Shown here: positions 42,582 through 53,988 of the stretch, one piece after another | Layout: each line of letters starts with the position of its first letter | Numbering within the stretch: the first letter of the stretch is position 1 | From: Hyaloraphidium curvatum SAG 235-1 | Taxonomy: Eukaryota; Fungi; Monoblepharomycota | Length of the DNA: 64,000 nt | Assembly (NCBI GenBank): GCA_025558095.1 | Contig: JAIVFI010000008.1 | Location: forward strand, 62,001 to 126,000 | Reading direction: 5' to 3' | Position numbers and translations under genes: made by a program | The notes under the pieces: model-generated | What the model was told of the DNA's origin: nothing | The model's database searches: none | The model's input: the letters and a program-made list of their open reading frames with translations, nothing else

Positions 42582-43305
42582 CTACGCAAAGACCGCACGT
42601 TTGCTGGCGAAGCGAGTGTCCAAATTGTCACTGAAGTGGCGCTCCTCGGGGTGCCGATAGCGCTTGCCTCCCTTCCTCTTCGGTCCCTCGAGCAACGTGG
42701 CCGCTTCAACCTCCTGGTAGGTGTGGTGCTGGTTGTAGTGATATCTTCGCCCCGCCAGCGTACCGTAGGTCTTGGTGCAGTTCGGGACCATGCAGGGGTA
42801 CTTGCTCTTGTCGATGTTCGCGCGGCGCCGATAGTGCTCGATCTGGTGGGCGTTTCTCTGCAGGCGCGACGCAACATGTTAGAATGTAAAGCGTAAGCAG
42901 GCCGATCGGCCTCACCTGGTGGTATCGGAGCCCGCTCAGGTCCTTGTACGCCTTGTGGCATCCCGCGACCTCGCAGACGTGGCTCTTCAATCGCTTCGCG
43001 CCCACTTCCTCGTTATCCGTGCCTTGCGATCCGCCGTCATCGTCCGAGTAGCCGACTTCGGTCGCCCCGTCCCCGCTTTGCCTCCTCGCGGCAGACACGT
43101 CCCCCGGGTTGGTCTCCGAGTGATGCCGGGGCACATCGGCGTCTCCGATCGGTTCGTCCACCATCGAGGGCAGCATACGCCCGGCAAGACCCGAAGATGA
43201 GGCCGACGAGACGGTTCCCAGGGGCTCCGACGTCGACAGCGTCCTCCGCTTGGTCGCGGGCGCCGAGATCCCCTCCTCCTCGTAGATTTCGCCCTCGTCT
43301 GCCAT
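42582..43305 (-). CDS. Small protein with two C2H2 zinc fingers of the Sfp1/JAZF type
   Basis: HVCEVAGCHKAYKDLSGLRYHQ|RNAH and YPCMVPNCTKTYGTLAGRRYHYNQHH, joined across one intron. Confidence 0.75.
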
Positions 43306-43632
43306 GGACTCGAGCCGCACGCGCTGTTTCCCGTCGCTCGCCTTGCCATGCCCGCGGTTGCCGTCGTCGGAGACTTCGGTGTCGGGCCGAGGAGGCCGGT
43401 TCGCGAGGGACCGCTTGAACCCGTGTTTGCGCGCGTCCGAAGCGTACGCCTCGTGGGCGCCGGGCGCTATGAAGCGCATCGAGGCGCCCGGCAGTCTCCG
43501 CTCGAAGGAAGACGGGTTGCCAAGTGCAGGGCGAGTCGCCCGGTGAAAGTCAAGGAAAGGAAAATGGGAAACTCAGGTGACGCTTGCGAACGCGACCTTC
43601 CAAACAACACCTCCCTGACGAGCAAATCGCCC

Positions 43633-44471
43633 ATGGCGGCCGACGATGATTGGCTCTTGTGGCAGTTGGCCGACTCTGGACTGCCCACGGGTGGATTTGT
43701 GGCCTCCTCCGGCCTCGAAGCAGCCCTGCAGACGGGCCTCGTCGACTCGAAACCAGAGGCCGTCAGGAGCTTTGTCGCCCAAAGCGTCGCGTCCTACGCG
43801 GGCTCGGCGTTACCGTTCGTGACTGCCGTGTACAAGATTTGTGCTTCAGTCGGCCTGAATGAGGACGCGGACGAAGGACAGGCTCTCGAGCGCGTCCTGG
43901 AGCTTGACGAGCTCTTCGAATCAACGACGGCAAATGCGGTCACCAGGAGGGCGTCCGCTGCGCAGGGCGGCGCCATTCTATCGCTCTACAGCAAGAGTTT
44001 CCGCGCCGTCGATCACGAACCCGGTGCCATGAACGGGCACTCGCCCTTGGACAGGCAGAGGTCGCTCACCGCCCTGCTGGACGGCTTCAAGGCTGCAATG
44101 CGGAGCCAAGACGCCGCCGGACACATTCCTATCTGCTTCGGTCTTCTCTGCGGATACCTCGACGTGTCTTTGGGTGAGTTTCGCTCCTCCTCTCACCTAC
44201 GACGCCTTATCTCATCTCAACGATCGCAGAACACTGCCAACGGATGTTTCTCTTCCTCTTCGCCCGTTCCATCGTCAATGCAGCCGTGCGCTTGAATGCC
44301 ATTGGGCCGTACCTTGCGCAGCGCGTGCTGTCCGAGTGCCAGGCCGATGCGGTAAACGCCTGGGCGCGCTACCGGGACCTCCTTCCGGAAGAGGCGCGGC
44401 AGACGGCGCCTTTGTTTGATCTGGCACAGGGGCTCCACGACAGACTCTATTCGCGGCTGTTTTCTTCGTGA
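43633..44471 (+). CDS. ureF: Urease accessory protein UreF
   Basis: WQLADSGLPTGGFVASSGLEAA, RRASAAQG, GHIPICFG, NAAVRLNAIGP, HDRLYSRLFSS C-terminus; one intron near 44174-44229. Confidence 0.92.
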
Positions 44472-44493
44472 TCTGCACGACATACCATGTCGA

Positions 44494-45420
44494 TCACTTT
44501 CGGGCAAAGATGTGGAGCGCGTCGCCCATCTCGTCGAGCCATCGCGGTATCGCTACATGCTCAACCAGCTTCCAATCTCGCCTGAGCGCATCGTGAAGCT
44601 GTGCGGTGCCTGTCACTGGGGCATCATCGGCGGCGAAGCCGGCCTTGAAGTCACCGACAAAGGCGACCAAAGCGCCCTGGAAAAGCCGGAGTGCCTCGAA
44701 ACCCATCTCGTTGGGTGCTGGCGGCGGCCAAACGAGGAGCAACATGTCGCTGTTTCCCTCCTCCGACTCGGCGAACACGGAAACGGGCGCTCCACGGCGG
44801 ACCGTGACGAAAGAGACTTCCAGCCCAAGAGTTTCCTGCTCATCTTCTTCATCTGGTGGAGGGTGTTGTGTTTCTTGTTCCAGGCAATCAAGCGGCGGGT
44901 GCATGTCGTAGCACTTGAACCGGAATTCGGGATCCCGCCGGGCGAGCAACCAGCACCAGTAGCCGCTTCCCGCACCTATCTCCACCAATTTGGCTCTCGG
45001 ATCGGACTGTCGCAGCTCATGGCAGTGCCTGAGTATGCATTCTAGCGCCCGCTCGTTTGGAAGAGCAAAGGAATAGACCGCGCAACAGAGCAATCTGGCA
45101 AAGGAGCCCGCGGCCGTTGTTGCCGAGGGGTAAATGACGCCGTTTGTCGCGAGGTCGTTGAATGTCCGAAGCACGTCGTTGTCCTCCGATTCCGGGTTCG
45201 TGAAGGAGAGCCGAGATGGGACAGCGGCATGGAAAGGCGGGATCACGGAGCCCGCCTCCACCCTCGCGGAAACAAAAGAGACGATGCAAGCCATGAGGAG
45301 CTCGAAGAACGCGTGGTACGTGAGGCTTGACGCGTCGGGATCGCCTGCGATGCCGCTAGATTCGAGGGCGAGTTGAAGAAGCTTCCTCCGTCCCTTCAGC
45401 TGCGCATCGCGCTGCTCCAT
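44494..45420 (-). CDS. Hypothetical class I SAM-dependent methyltransferase-like protein
   Basis: LVEIGAGSGYWCWLL (motif I), LLLVWPP, FVGD. Confidence 0.65.
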   Translation of the reverse strand: MEQRDAQLKGRRKLLQLALESSGIAGDPDASSLTYHAFFELLMACIVSFVSARVEAGSVIPPFHAAVPSRLSFTNPESEDNDVLRTFNDLATNGVIYPSATTAAGSFARLLCCAVYSFALPNERALECILRHCHELRQSDPRAKLVEIGAGSGYWCWLLARRDPEFRFKCYDMHPPLDCLEQETQHPPPDEEDEQETLGLEVSFVTVRRGAPVSVFAESEEGNSDMLLLVWPPPAPNEMGFEALRLFQGALVAFVGDFKAGFAADDAPVTGTAQLHDALRRDWKLVEHVAIPRWLDEMGDALHIFARK

Positions 45421-45616
45421 GGGAGGCGACGCAGGGCCACGTTCGAGAGAAGACACTCCGATAGCCTAGAATGCCGCAAGGCCCTCTTGCAGCTGTACGA
45501 ATCAAAGTTTTGGAGCGCTGCATGAGTTCACGAATCGGTCTCGCACAAGTCTCGCATTGCACCGAGATCAACCACCAATTAACAAGCAGTGGGCGCTTCC
45601 GTGGATCATACCGTAA

Positions 45617-48600
45617 TCATACATGATTCATGCCCCTCGGGCCTTCATCAGACCCCTGCGCGTGCGCAAGCAGCTTCGCCATCCTCCTCCACTCGTCAGC
45701 TTTCGCCATGTCCGCCTCGACCCCGAATCCGGATTCGAAGCACTCCGACACTCGCAAGCACGCCTGTTGCCGAAGGCTTGTTGGATGGTGCTGGCCGTTG
45801 TTGGATTGGAACGAATCGTGCGAGTGATCCGCGGACTCGGTCGTGGCTGCGAGCATGAAGAATCGGAATGCTCTCGATCGAGCTTCGAGATCCTGCAGGG
45901 AAGAGAAGTTAAAACACTTGGAGACACGTAGGATAAGGCGACGAGAAGAAGCCTACCTCGGAACCGACGAGCCCGGAGCCTCCGGCTTCGAGCGCGCTTG
46001 CAGCTTTGAACCACGTCCACGGAGCTCCGATGCTTTCCCAGAGAGAGACGGCGGCGTCGACATTTGGCTCCACTTTGCCCAGCTCCCACACGGCACCCGA
46101 CGGAAGCAGAACCTGATTCGCGCCGTCTCCAGCGCATAGCAGATCGGCGTAGCGATCCTTGACTTCGGGCGGAGTCGCAGGTTGAAGCAGGTACCGCTTG
46201 ACGGCATCCATGTCGCTGTCGATGCTGCGAACGGTGCCCCGAATGCGTCCGCCGCGGATGAGGATGCCGCAGAGCACGTCGAGGCATTCGCCGTCCGTCC
46301 CGAACCCGTGCTCTTCCACTAGCAGTTTGTAGGCTTCGAACGCTCCGATCGGATCGCTGTAGCGCAGCAGGAGCAACCGTGCGAGGTAGCGGCAGCAGGC
46401 AGCGTCGGCCCTCTTCTCGGCCTCGAGGTAGCGGAGACCCAGCTCGGGACTGACGGTGAGCAAGGCCGGGAGCGCCTGCATCAGCGACGGCAGGTGGCGG
46501 TGCTCCGTGTAGGCCTGCACGAGGTACTTGAGCCGAGGCAGGGGGCGCGGAAGGGGGCCAGAGTCCGGCGGGTTGCGAAGGAGGTGCAGCAGCTGGTCCG
46601 GCGTGATCGTGGTTGTGGCTGCTGACGATTCGACGGCTTTGGGCAGCGGCGGAACGCCGTGGCTGTCGACAGCTAAAGCAGGGTTCGTTGTCGAGCTTCC
46701 TGTGCCGGCCGAGTTTTCCAGATCGTCGTCCCAGCCGGTCTCCAGCAGAGTCTCCTGCAGCCACTTCAGGTTGATCGTCGCCTTTGCGTGCGAAAAGACG
46801 TCCGCAGTCTCCTCATCGCCGCCCTGGCCTTCCTCTTCCTCCCGCTTCTTGTCCAGTTCCGAGAGCAGCTTCATGGCTTCCAAGTTCCTGCGGTTCTCGG
46901 CGAGGTCGACCAGCATCCTCCGGGCGGCTTCCCTCCTTCCTTGGGCGCGCAGAGCTTCGTCCCCGCCATCCGGTCCGTCGCCGTCCCCGCGATCGCGGAA
47001 CACGTCGCCGTCCCCTTCCAAGCTCTGCAGAAGGAGCCTCCCGACGCCTAGGATCCCTTCCTCGCTGTCCTCGCCCGCCGCGATCTCGTAAAAGCAGAGA
47101 GACTTGCCCAAGTCGATCGCGGGCTTGGACGAGCTGCCCGGGCCCCCGCCGTCTTCCTCGGGGAACAGGGGCAGGTCCTCGAGGTCGTGAACCCCTTCGA
47201 AGACGCGGCCGAGAAGCAGCGCTGCGCGCACGTTGGCGCCCTCCGCCTCGCGGACCAGGTACGAGAGCGGGGGCAGGTACGGTCCGCCTTTTGGCTTGTG
47301 CGGGGTGTTGGGAGGCGCGAACAGCTTGTGCGTCGGGGTAGCGGGGGAGCAGCCGATAGGGGGAGCGAGTGGAGACTTGAAAAGCCGCGGCTTCTTGGGC
47401 GTAGCGAGCAGAGCTCCCGTTGCCGGTCGCTTCTGCACGGTCTGATGGAGAGCCGTCACGACAACTTCGGGTAGCTTGTGATCGCTGAGCTGTGCCGGTT
47501 CGTCGTGCTTGCTGGAATCCGAACTCGATTCGCTGCGCGGCTGTATCTGTATGGAGCGCAGGTGTCAAAGGTGGACACAAGAACAACGAAGTACTGTCGA
47601 CGAAATGATCTTACGTTCTTGGGAGGCTTCGGCGGAGTCCGAATAGTACGCAGAAGCAGAGGCCGCCGCGCCTTGGCGTTCGGGGTGACGTTCGGGGTGA
47701 GCTTCGAGGCGACTTGCTCATGATCGTCGCCAGGCTCCTCCGCGGTTGCAGCTGCTTGCAGGCTCGTATTCGTACAGGTAGAAGGGGCGTCGCTCGGCAG
47801 CACAAGTTGCTCTTGCGGATTCTGCATAAAGGAAATGGTGAGAGGAATTCATTCTTGAAGAGCTCTCGATCGCACCAGCAACGACTGTTCCTGAGGTGCT
47901 CCGTCCGACATGGCCTCGACCTGGGACGAGAAAATGAATCAGCGATAAACAATGAGAGCGACTCTGGCCGCGGTACCTCGGTTCTGTCGCCGGATTCGTG
48001 TTCGGCAGCGTCCGTCATTTCCGCATCCGGCGTCCCGGCCGAGCAGCCGTCAGCCGCGCCAACGTCCTGCTCCCCGTCAGCTGACTGCTCGAGCTCGGCT
48101 TCCGCGGGCATCTGCTGGTCCTCTCCGGCCAGCTCGATCGGGTTCTCGCTGGCCGGTCCGTCTTCGGCCATCGGGTCGTCCTCGGGCATCTGCTCGTTCT
48201 CCGCAGCCAGCTCCACGGCCTCTTCCGGCTTCTTGCTTTCCAGCGGTGGCTCCCCCTCGTCCGCAAACGAGCCCATCTCTGCAATCCCAGACGGGCGCTC
48301 TTCCTCCGATTCCGCTTCCGGCACGGCGGCGGGCTGTTCGGCGGCCGGCTCGGCTTCCCGGTCCCGATCGAGCTCGGGCGCGGCCCGCAGCTTCCCGACA
48401 GGGTCTCCGGTCCCGGCCTGCTCCACTTGTCGCAGCATGTCGTCGATGGTGGAAGCTACGGCCGCGTCGGATTCGGCCTGACGGTGACCGATTCGTGAGC
48501 AAGGCTAACCCGTCGAGAATCGCGAGGATGGATCACCTCGTCCGCCACGGGCACCTCCTCGGTCCGCGCTTCGTTGGCGGACGGCCCCATCTTCTCGTCC

Positions 48601-49815
48601 GAAGCAAGCATCGCCTTCTGGTGCTCTCCATCCGCTTCCGGCCCGGCCGGCATCGAAGGTTCCTCTCGATGAGATTTGTCGCCATCTCCGGATCGGGCAC
48701 CTGCACCATCTTCAGCATCAGGCTCCTCGGCGTCCGGGAGCTGAGGTGCATCCTTGTCGTCTGCTGGGCTTGATTGAGTGCCTTGCAGTTCTGCGGCAGC
48801 CTGCAAAGATCGGGTTCGGATCAGCTAAGCGACGCCGCGGGATCACGAGAAGCCCACCTCGGCCATTTCCACATCCTTCGTGCCTCCATCTTCCTGCTGC
48901 TCATCGTTTCCCGTCTTGCGGGTCTCCTCGCACGCGGCAAGGCCCTCGTTCATGTCCGAAACCATGCCATCCGACGGCGCAGGTCCAGACTCCGGGTCCG
49001 CCGGCTTCCCTCCCTCCTCTCGCGCTCCGATCGAGTCCATCTTGCCCGACGACCCCGGCTGCTCCTTCTGGTGCTCCGAAATCTCTTCAGCAATGTGCTC
49101 GGGGACGATCCCGGGGTCCGCAGAAGGCTCGTCGAGCTCGGAAGGCCCGCGCGCGATCTGCGCCCCGTCCGATCCGTCGCGATCCGCGGCCGGGGGGGCC
49201 GAACCACCCGTCGTCGGTTGCTCTTCGAGTTTTTCCTGCGCGCTGTCGACCTTGGCGGGCTCCTCGTTGCGCGGCACGGCACCGATCGGAGTCGAAGCCC
49301 GGGAGGCGTCGCGCTCCCTGTATCCTTCTCCGGCCCCTCCAGATGTCTCTCCAGCCGCACGGTCCGGCCCTTCCGCAACTTGCGAACTCTTTCCGTAGTC
49401 CGGCTGCGAAGCATCCCCGGGAATCTCCCCCGCGGACGCGCCGCCGCCCTCTGCGACCTCGACCGCCAGCTCAGCGGTCGCCGGCCCCGAGCTCTCCTCC
49501 CCATTGTGCCGCACCGCCTCGTTTCCCTTCTCCGCAAAAGGCGCATGCGCAGACGGCCCGTGATCTCCCGCACCGGCCTCCTCGCGCCCCGTACGCCCTT
49601 TCCGCACCGAAGGAACCTGCGCCGGCGTCAAACGCCATCCGCCGCCGAAACGCGAGGAAACGCACCTCCCCATCGTCCTTTCCCGACCCTGTGCTTCCCG
49701 CGCTCGCGTCGCCGCGCTCCGAGGGCACCCGCGACGGCGCGGGCGAGGGGGCGTCCGGCTCCCGAAGGGGTTTGGCGCCCAGCCCCAGCGAACGCGCGGG
49801 CACGGAGAAGGACAT
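45617..49815 (-). CDS. Large protein with long acidic low-complexity N-terminus and C-terminal Sel1-like repeats, multi-exon
   Basis: Sel1-like units (AALLLGRVFEG...DLGKSLCFYEIAA; ACLRVSECFESGFGVEADMAKADEWRRMA). Consecutive Glu/Ala/Pro-rich minus-strand ORFs separated by intron-like segments. Ends approximate. Confidence 0.6.
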
Positions 49816-50089
49816 CGTGCGTTTTGCGCCTTTGCGCGTAGTGCGGACGCGCGCGAGGCCGGTTCGTGGGTATCGAGCGTGGAGTCCCGCTGGTCGGACG
49901 GGAGGCGGCCCAAGGCTGATCACAGGCAAAAGTGGCCAGCTGCCACACCAAATCGTTGCCCAACGTGCGCCGCATTCGACTCCGGCAATGACTTCAAAGA
50001 ACAATCTGGCGGCAGATCCGCGTAAGTGTCTCGCCGGCAACGAACCGCAATGAAAGCCCCAAACCACGAGGTTCGACCACACCCCCACG

Positions 50090-50300
50090 TCAATCCATTG
50101 GCTTTGAAGCACACGGCCTTGTGTACGGCCCAATCTGTTCGCTGGCACTCTGCAGAGCCGCACCAGGTCCATGCGCCTTGCGCCGCGAGCACTTCTTCAG
50201 CCCGCGGCATATCGCGGCCGCGTTGTCTGCGTTCCGAGGCAGCAACCGGGGTTGAATACACGAAGGATCGCGTGGCTCGTCCATTGCAGAGCGCAATGCT
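50090..50300 (-). pseudogene. Frameshifted MYND zinc-finger remnant, inverted relative to the neighbouring MYND gene
   Basis: GLKKCSR in one frame and WCGSAECQRTDWAVHKAVCFKAN in another, matching GLKKCSRCRVAWYCSVGCQSADWPAHKAVCFAAD of 50376-51098. Confidence 0.6.
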
Positions 50301-50375
50301 GTCCACCTGGGTGAATGGATACGAGACGCGCACTCCTCCCGAGGTCAGGGACGTTCTTGTGTCATTTTGCGCCTG

Positions 50376-51098
50376 ATGGACATGCTGCACTCGCTCGCCA
50401 AGTTCCCCCCCGTGAGGCGCCGCCTGGCGCGCGACCTGGACTTCCTCGACGCGGTCGTGCAGCTCGCCTTCGACCTCGCCTCGGCGTTCGTCCACCTCCA
50501 CAGGCAGGGATCCATGACGGTCGTGTACGCCAACATGTTCTTCAGCGGCGCGGCCGCGGCCGTCAAGCTCGCGCTCAAGGCGGCTTCGGAGCGCCCCGCG
50601 CGCTGGCGCCGCCACGTGTCGGGCCCGTCCTGCCCCAGCAGCGCCCTGCTCGACCTGAACTCGCTGTCGAGCACGGTCTACAGGGGCAGCCTGTTCGTCG
50701 CCGCGGTGGACATGGCCAACGCGCACCCGGATTACCGCCCCGAGGACGGGGTCCAGACGATGGCGCTGCTGGCCTGCGTCATGCAGCTCGTCTGCCTGTC
50801 CTGGGAGCACGAACTCGGATCCACGGTGGCGCGGGTGCGCCGCGAGCTGGGCGACCCGCTGGCGGACATGTTCGGGACCCACGCCGAGGCGCTGGATTGC
50901 TGGTGCAGGATGTACCCGGGAAACGACGGTTGCGACAGGGAGGGGTGCTCGTTCGCCGTGCCGGACGGGGCGGCGGCAGCGGGGGGGCTGAAGAAGTGCT
51001 CTCGGTGCAGGGTGGCGTGGTACTGCTCGGTCGGGTGCCAGAGTGCGGACTGGCCGGCCCACAAGGCGGTGTGCTTCGCGGCCGACTGGAATGCGTAG
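50376..51098 (+). CDS. MYND-type zinc-finger protein (possibly 5'-truncated)
   Basis: CDREGC...LKKCSRCRVAWYCSVGCQSADWPAHKAVC. Confidence 0.75.
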   Translation: MDMLHSLAKFPPVRRRLARDLDFLDAVVQLAFDLASAFVHLHRQGSMTVVYANMFFSGAAAAVKLALKAASERPARWRRHVSGPSCPSSALLDLNSLSSTVYRGSLFVAAVDMANAHPDYRPEDGVQTMALLACVMQLVCLSWEHELGSTVARVRRELGDPLADMFGTHAEALDCWCRMYPGNDGCDREGCSFAVPDGAAAAGGLKKCSRCRVAWYCSVGCQSADWPAHKAVCFAADWNA

Positions 51099-51207
51099 GC
51101 CCCGGAAAGCGGAGGAGCACATCCCGACGATCAATTCGAACTCCCGCCATACGCCGCACCTTCCCGCACCTCCCCCATGTCCCAGCCCCCCCTCCTCCCC
51201 CGCGCGC

Positions 51208-52575
51208 TCAGTCCACCCAGACCTCCTTGTACAGCTCCACGATCTCGGGGTGCGTCGGCACCCTCGGGTTGTTCCCCGGGCTGCCCGAGGCGATCGCCTG
51301 CTCCGCCATGACCTGCAGGAGGGAGTGGTACTTTTCCTTGCCGATGCCGTACTGACCCCCCGGGGGGAACCGTCAGCTTCCGTCCGCGGGGCGCGCCGCG
51401 CGGGGGGGCACGGTACCTTCTTGGGCGTCGGCACGTCCAGGTCCCTGTTGAGCGCCACCAGCTCCTCCATCAGCGCGTCCAGCGCCTCGTCGTCCGGCGC
51501 CGTGCTGGGTACCACCCCCATCGCCCTCGCGCAGTCGGCGTACCTCGACGCCGCGGCGGGGATCGAGTAGCGCGTCACGGCCGGGAGCAGCATGGCGTTG
51601 GAGAGCCCGTGCGGGACGTGGAAGTGCGCGCCGATGGGCCGCGACATGCCGTGCACGAGGGCGACCGAGGCGTTGGAGAAGGCGAGGCCGCCGAGGGTCG
51701 CGCCGAGCATCATCTCCTCGCGGGCCTTGGGGTTCTTGGGGTCGAAGCAGGCGGTGCGGATGTTGCGGGCGATGCGGGACATGGCCGAGAGGGCTGGCAG
51801 GGCGGGGTGTCAGCGGCGTCCGGGGAGGGAAAGGGGGGATACGCACCGACAGAGTCGGAGAACGGGTTGGCCTTCTTGCTCACGTACGCCTCCATCGCGT
51901 GCGTCAGCGAGTCGATCCCCGTGTCCGCCGTCAGCCGCAGCGGGCACGACACGGTGAGCTCCCAGTCCACGACGGCGGCGGCGGCGACGACGTCCGACCC
52001 GGAGATGAGCATCTTCTCGTCCGTCGCCGTGTCGGTGATGATGGTGAACTTGGTCACCTCCGAGCCGGTTCCCGCCGTCGTAGGGACGGCGATGAGGGGC
52101 GGGCCGGGTTTGGGGATGGGGTTGGGCACCTTGTACTGCCGCATGGCCCCCCCGTTTGCGGCGAGGATCCCGACGGCCTTTGCGGTATCGATGGGGCTCC
52201 CGCCGCCGATGGCGATCATCGAGTCGTAGTCCGCGGCCTGCAGTGCCCGCACGCCGGCCTCGACGACCTCGACGGTGGGGTCGGGCACGGTGCCGTCGAA
52301 CACGCCGTACTTGACCCCCTTGTCGGCGAGGGGTTTCAGCACGCGGTCGAGGGTGCCGGAGGAGCGGAGGAACGAGTCGGTGACGACGAGGGGTTTACGG
52401 ACGCCGATGCGGGAGAGGACGTCGGGGAGGCGGGAGACGGCGCCGCCGCCTTTGGGGAAGAGGCGGGGAAAGGGGAGGGGCGGGAGGGCGGGCGGGGGTC
52501 AGGCGGGCGACGGGGCGGCGGCGGCGGGTAAGTACCGATCTCCATGATCCGCGGGATTATAATGGAGGCGACCAT
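51208..52575 (-). CDS. Iron-containing (group III) alcohol dehydrogenase, multi-exon
   Basis: GGGSPIDTAK, IAVPTTAGTGSEVT, DSLTHAMEAY, LVHGMSRPIGAHFHVPHGLSN. Confidence 0.93.
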
Positions 52576-52835
52576 CTCGGCGGGGCGGGCGGGGACGGGT
52601 GGGAGAGGTTGGGCCGGTCCGGCGTTGAGCCGCGCCCCATGCGGCGAAGGGCGCTGGCAGGCCAGCCATCACTTGCATGACTCCGTGCACGCCGTTCGCG
52701 CCAAAAAGCGGCCGCGATCGCCGCATCCGGTGCCTGCCAACGAGATCCATCGACGCCGGTGGGATCTGCAGCGCGCGACGGAAGCAGGACGCCGGATCGA
52801 CGGCCGGAACTGCCACGAGGTGTCCCATACGCTCT

Positions 52836-53473
52836 CTAAAGGCAAGAAAGAATGTACACGTCCAGCACGTCAAATCTATACGATAGAACGAAGCTCCCCA
52901 ACCCGTCTTGCCCCGCGGAGGCCGGCTCCGCATCCCGCCTCTGGCGCCACCCGGCTCTCGGATCGTCCGACCTCTTCCGCCCCTTCGCTCCCCGGATCCG
53001 ACCCGGATCCTTCTCCGCACTCTTTGCAAGCTCAGCACACGCACACGCACGCGTCGCCGATCTGCCCCACGCGGACAAAGGGGAGTCAGCCGGTGTCCCC
53101 AACCCCCCCCGTTCGGCGGCCCACCTGCACGGCGCGGCCGTTGCTCGCCACGGCCACCTTGCCCCACGAGAACACGGCGTTCGAGGCGTCGTCGAGCACG
53201 TCGAGGGCGCGGTCCTTGAAGGCGGGCGCGGCGGGGCGGAGGGTGGCTGGAGACCGGGAGGGGTTGCGGGGGCGGGGGGCGGCACGCGCGTGCGGGGGGC
53301 GGGGCGGGGCAGAGGGGCAAGCGGGAGTGAGCCGAAGGAGGGCGGGTGGCGGGCAGCGCGGGATTACCCTCGAGGGCGGCGTGGCGGTCGGCGCGCATGG
53401 CGAGCGCGGCGCCCAGAAGGACGAGCAGCGCGACGAGGCCGGCGAGGGCGGGGAACGGGGGCGCCTTGGCCAT
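52836..53473 (-). CDS. Small secreted/membrane hypothetical protein, spliced
   Basis: Signal-peptide-like MAKAPPFPALAGLVALLVLLGAALA followed by intron-like segments; 3' end uncertain. Confidence 0.4.
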
Positions 53474-53988
53474 GCTGAGAGGGCTCGGAGGGCGCTGAGA
53501 GACGGGATCGAGGGCGCGGCGGCGGGCTGCCGGGAGGGGCGGGCGGGCGGAGTGGGGACAGTGCTGGTGGCCAGCTCGGGCTGAGGACACCATGGTGGCA
53601 TCCAACTGGGCGTCAACCAAAGCCGGTGGTCGCACGCGTGAAATGCCGTTACAAAACGCTTTCAGTAGCTGGGATCGAATCACAGGATGGATTATCGAGC
53701 GGGATTCCGGGTGTTGCATGGGGCTGGGGGACCGGTGCGATCCGATCTCGCAGGCGTGCGATCCATCCGGGTGCGGAGGCTCCAGGCCACCAATATGCTA
53801 CCTTCATGTCAGACTGCCATCGTCCGAGCCATTGGACAACCCGGCCGAGCCTGGGGACCATGCCGTTGAATCAATTTCAGGGATCGGCCGTTATATGTGG
53901 CTCGAGGCTACGTCATCCTCTGGACTCTGCCACTTTCACTTGGCTGTGCCGACTGCGGACCGGCAGACTCGCCCCTCCGGCCGCCGAA

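Noticed and set aside
41066-42961. 631-aa ORF as a single protein
   Set aside because: Its first ~320 codons run through the neighbouring zinc-finger gene's last exon (in another frame) and intergenic DNA; the real gene most likely starts near 41989.
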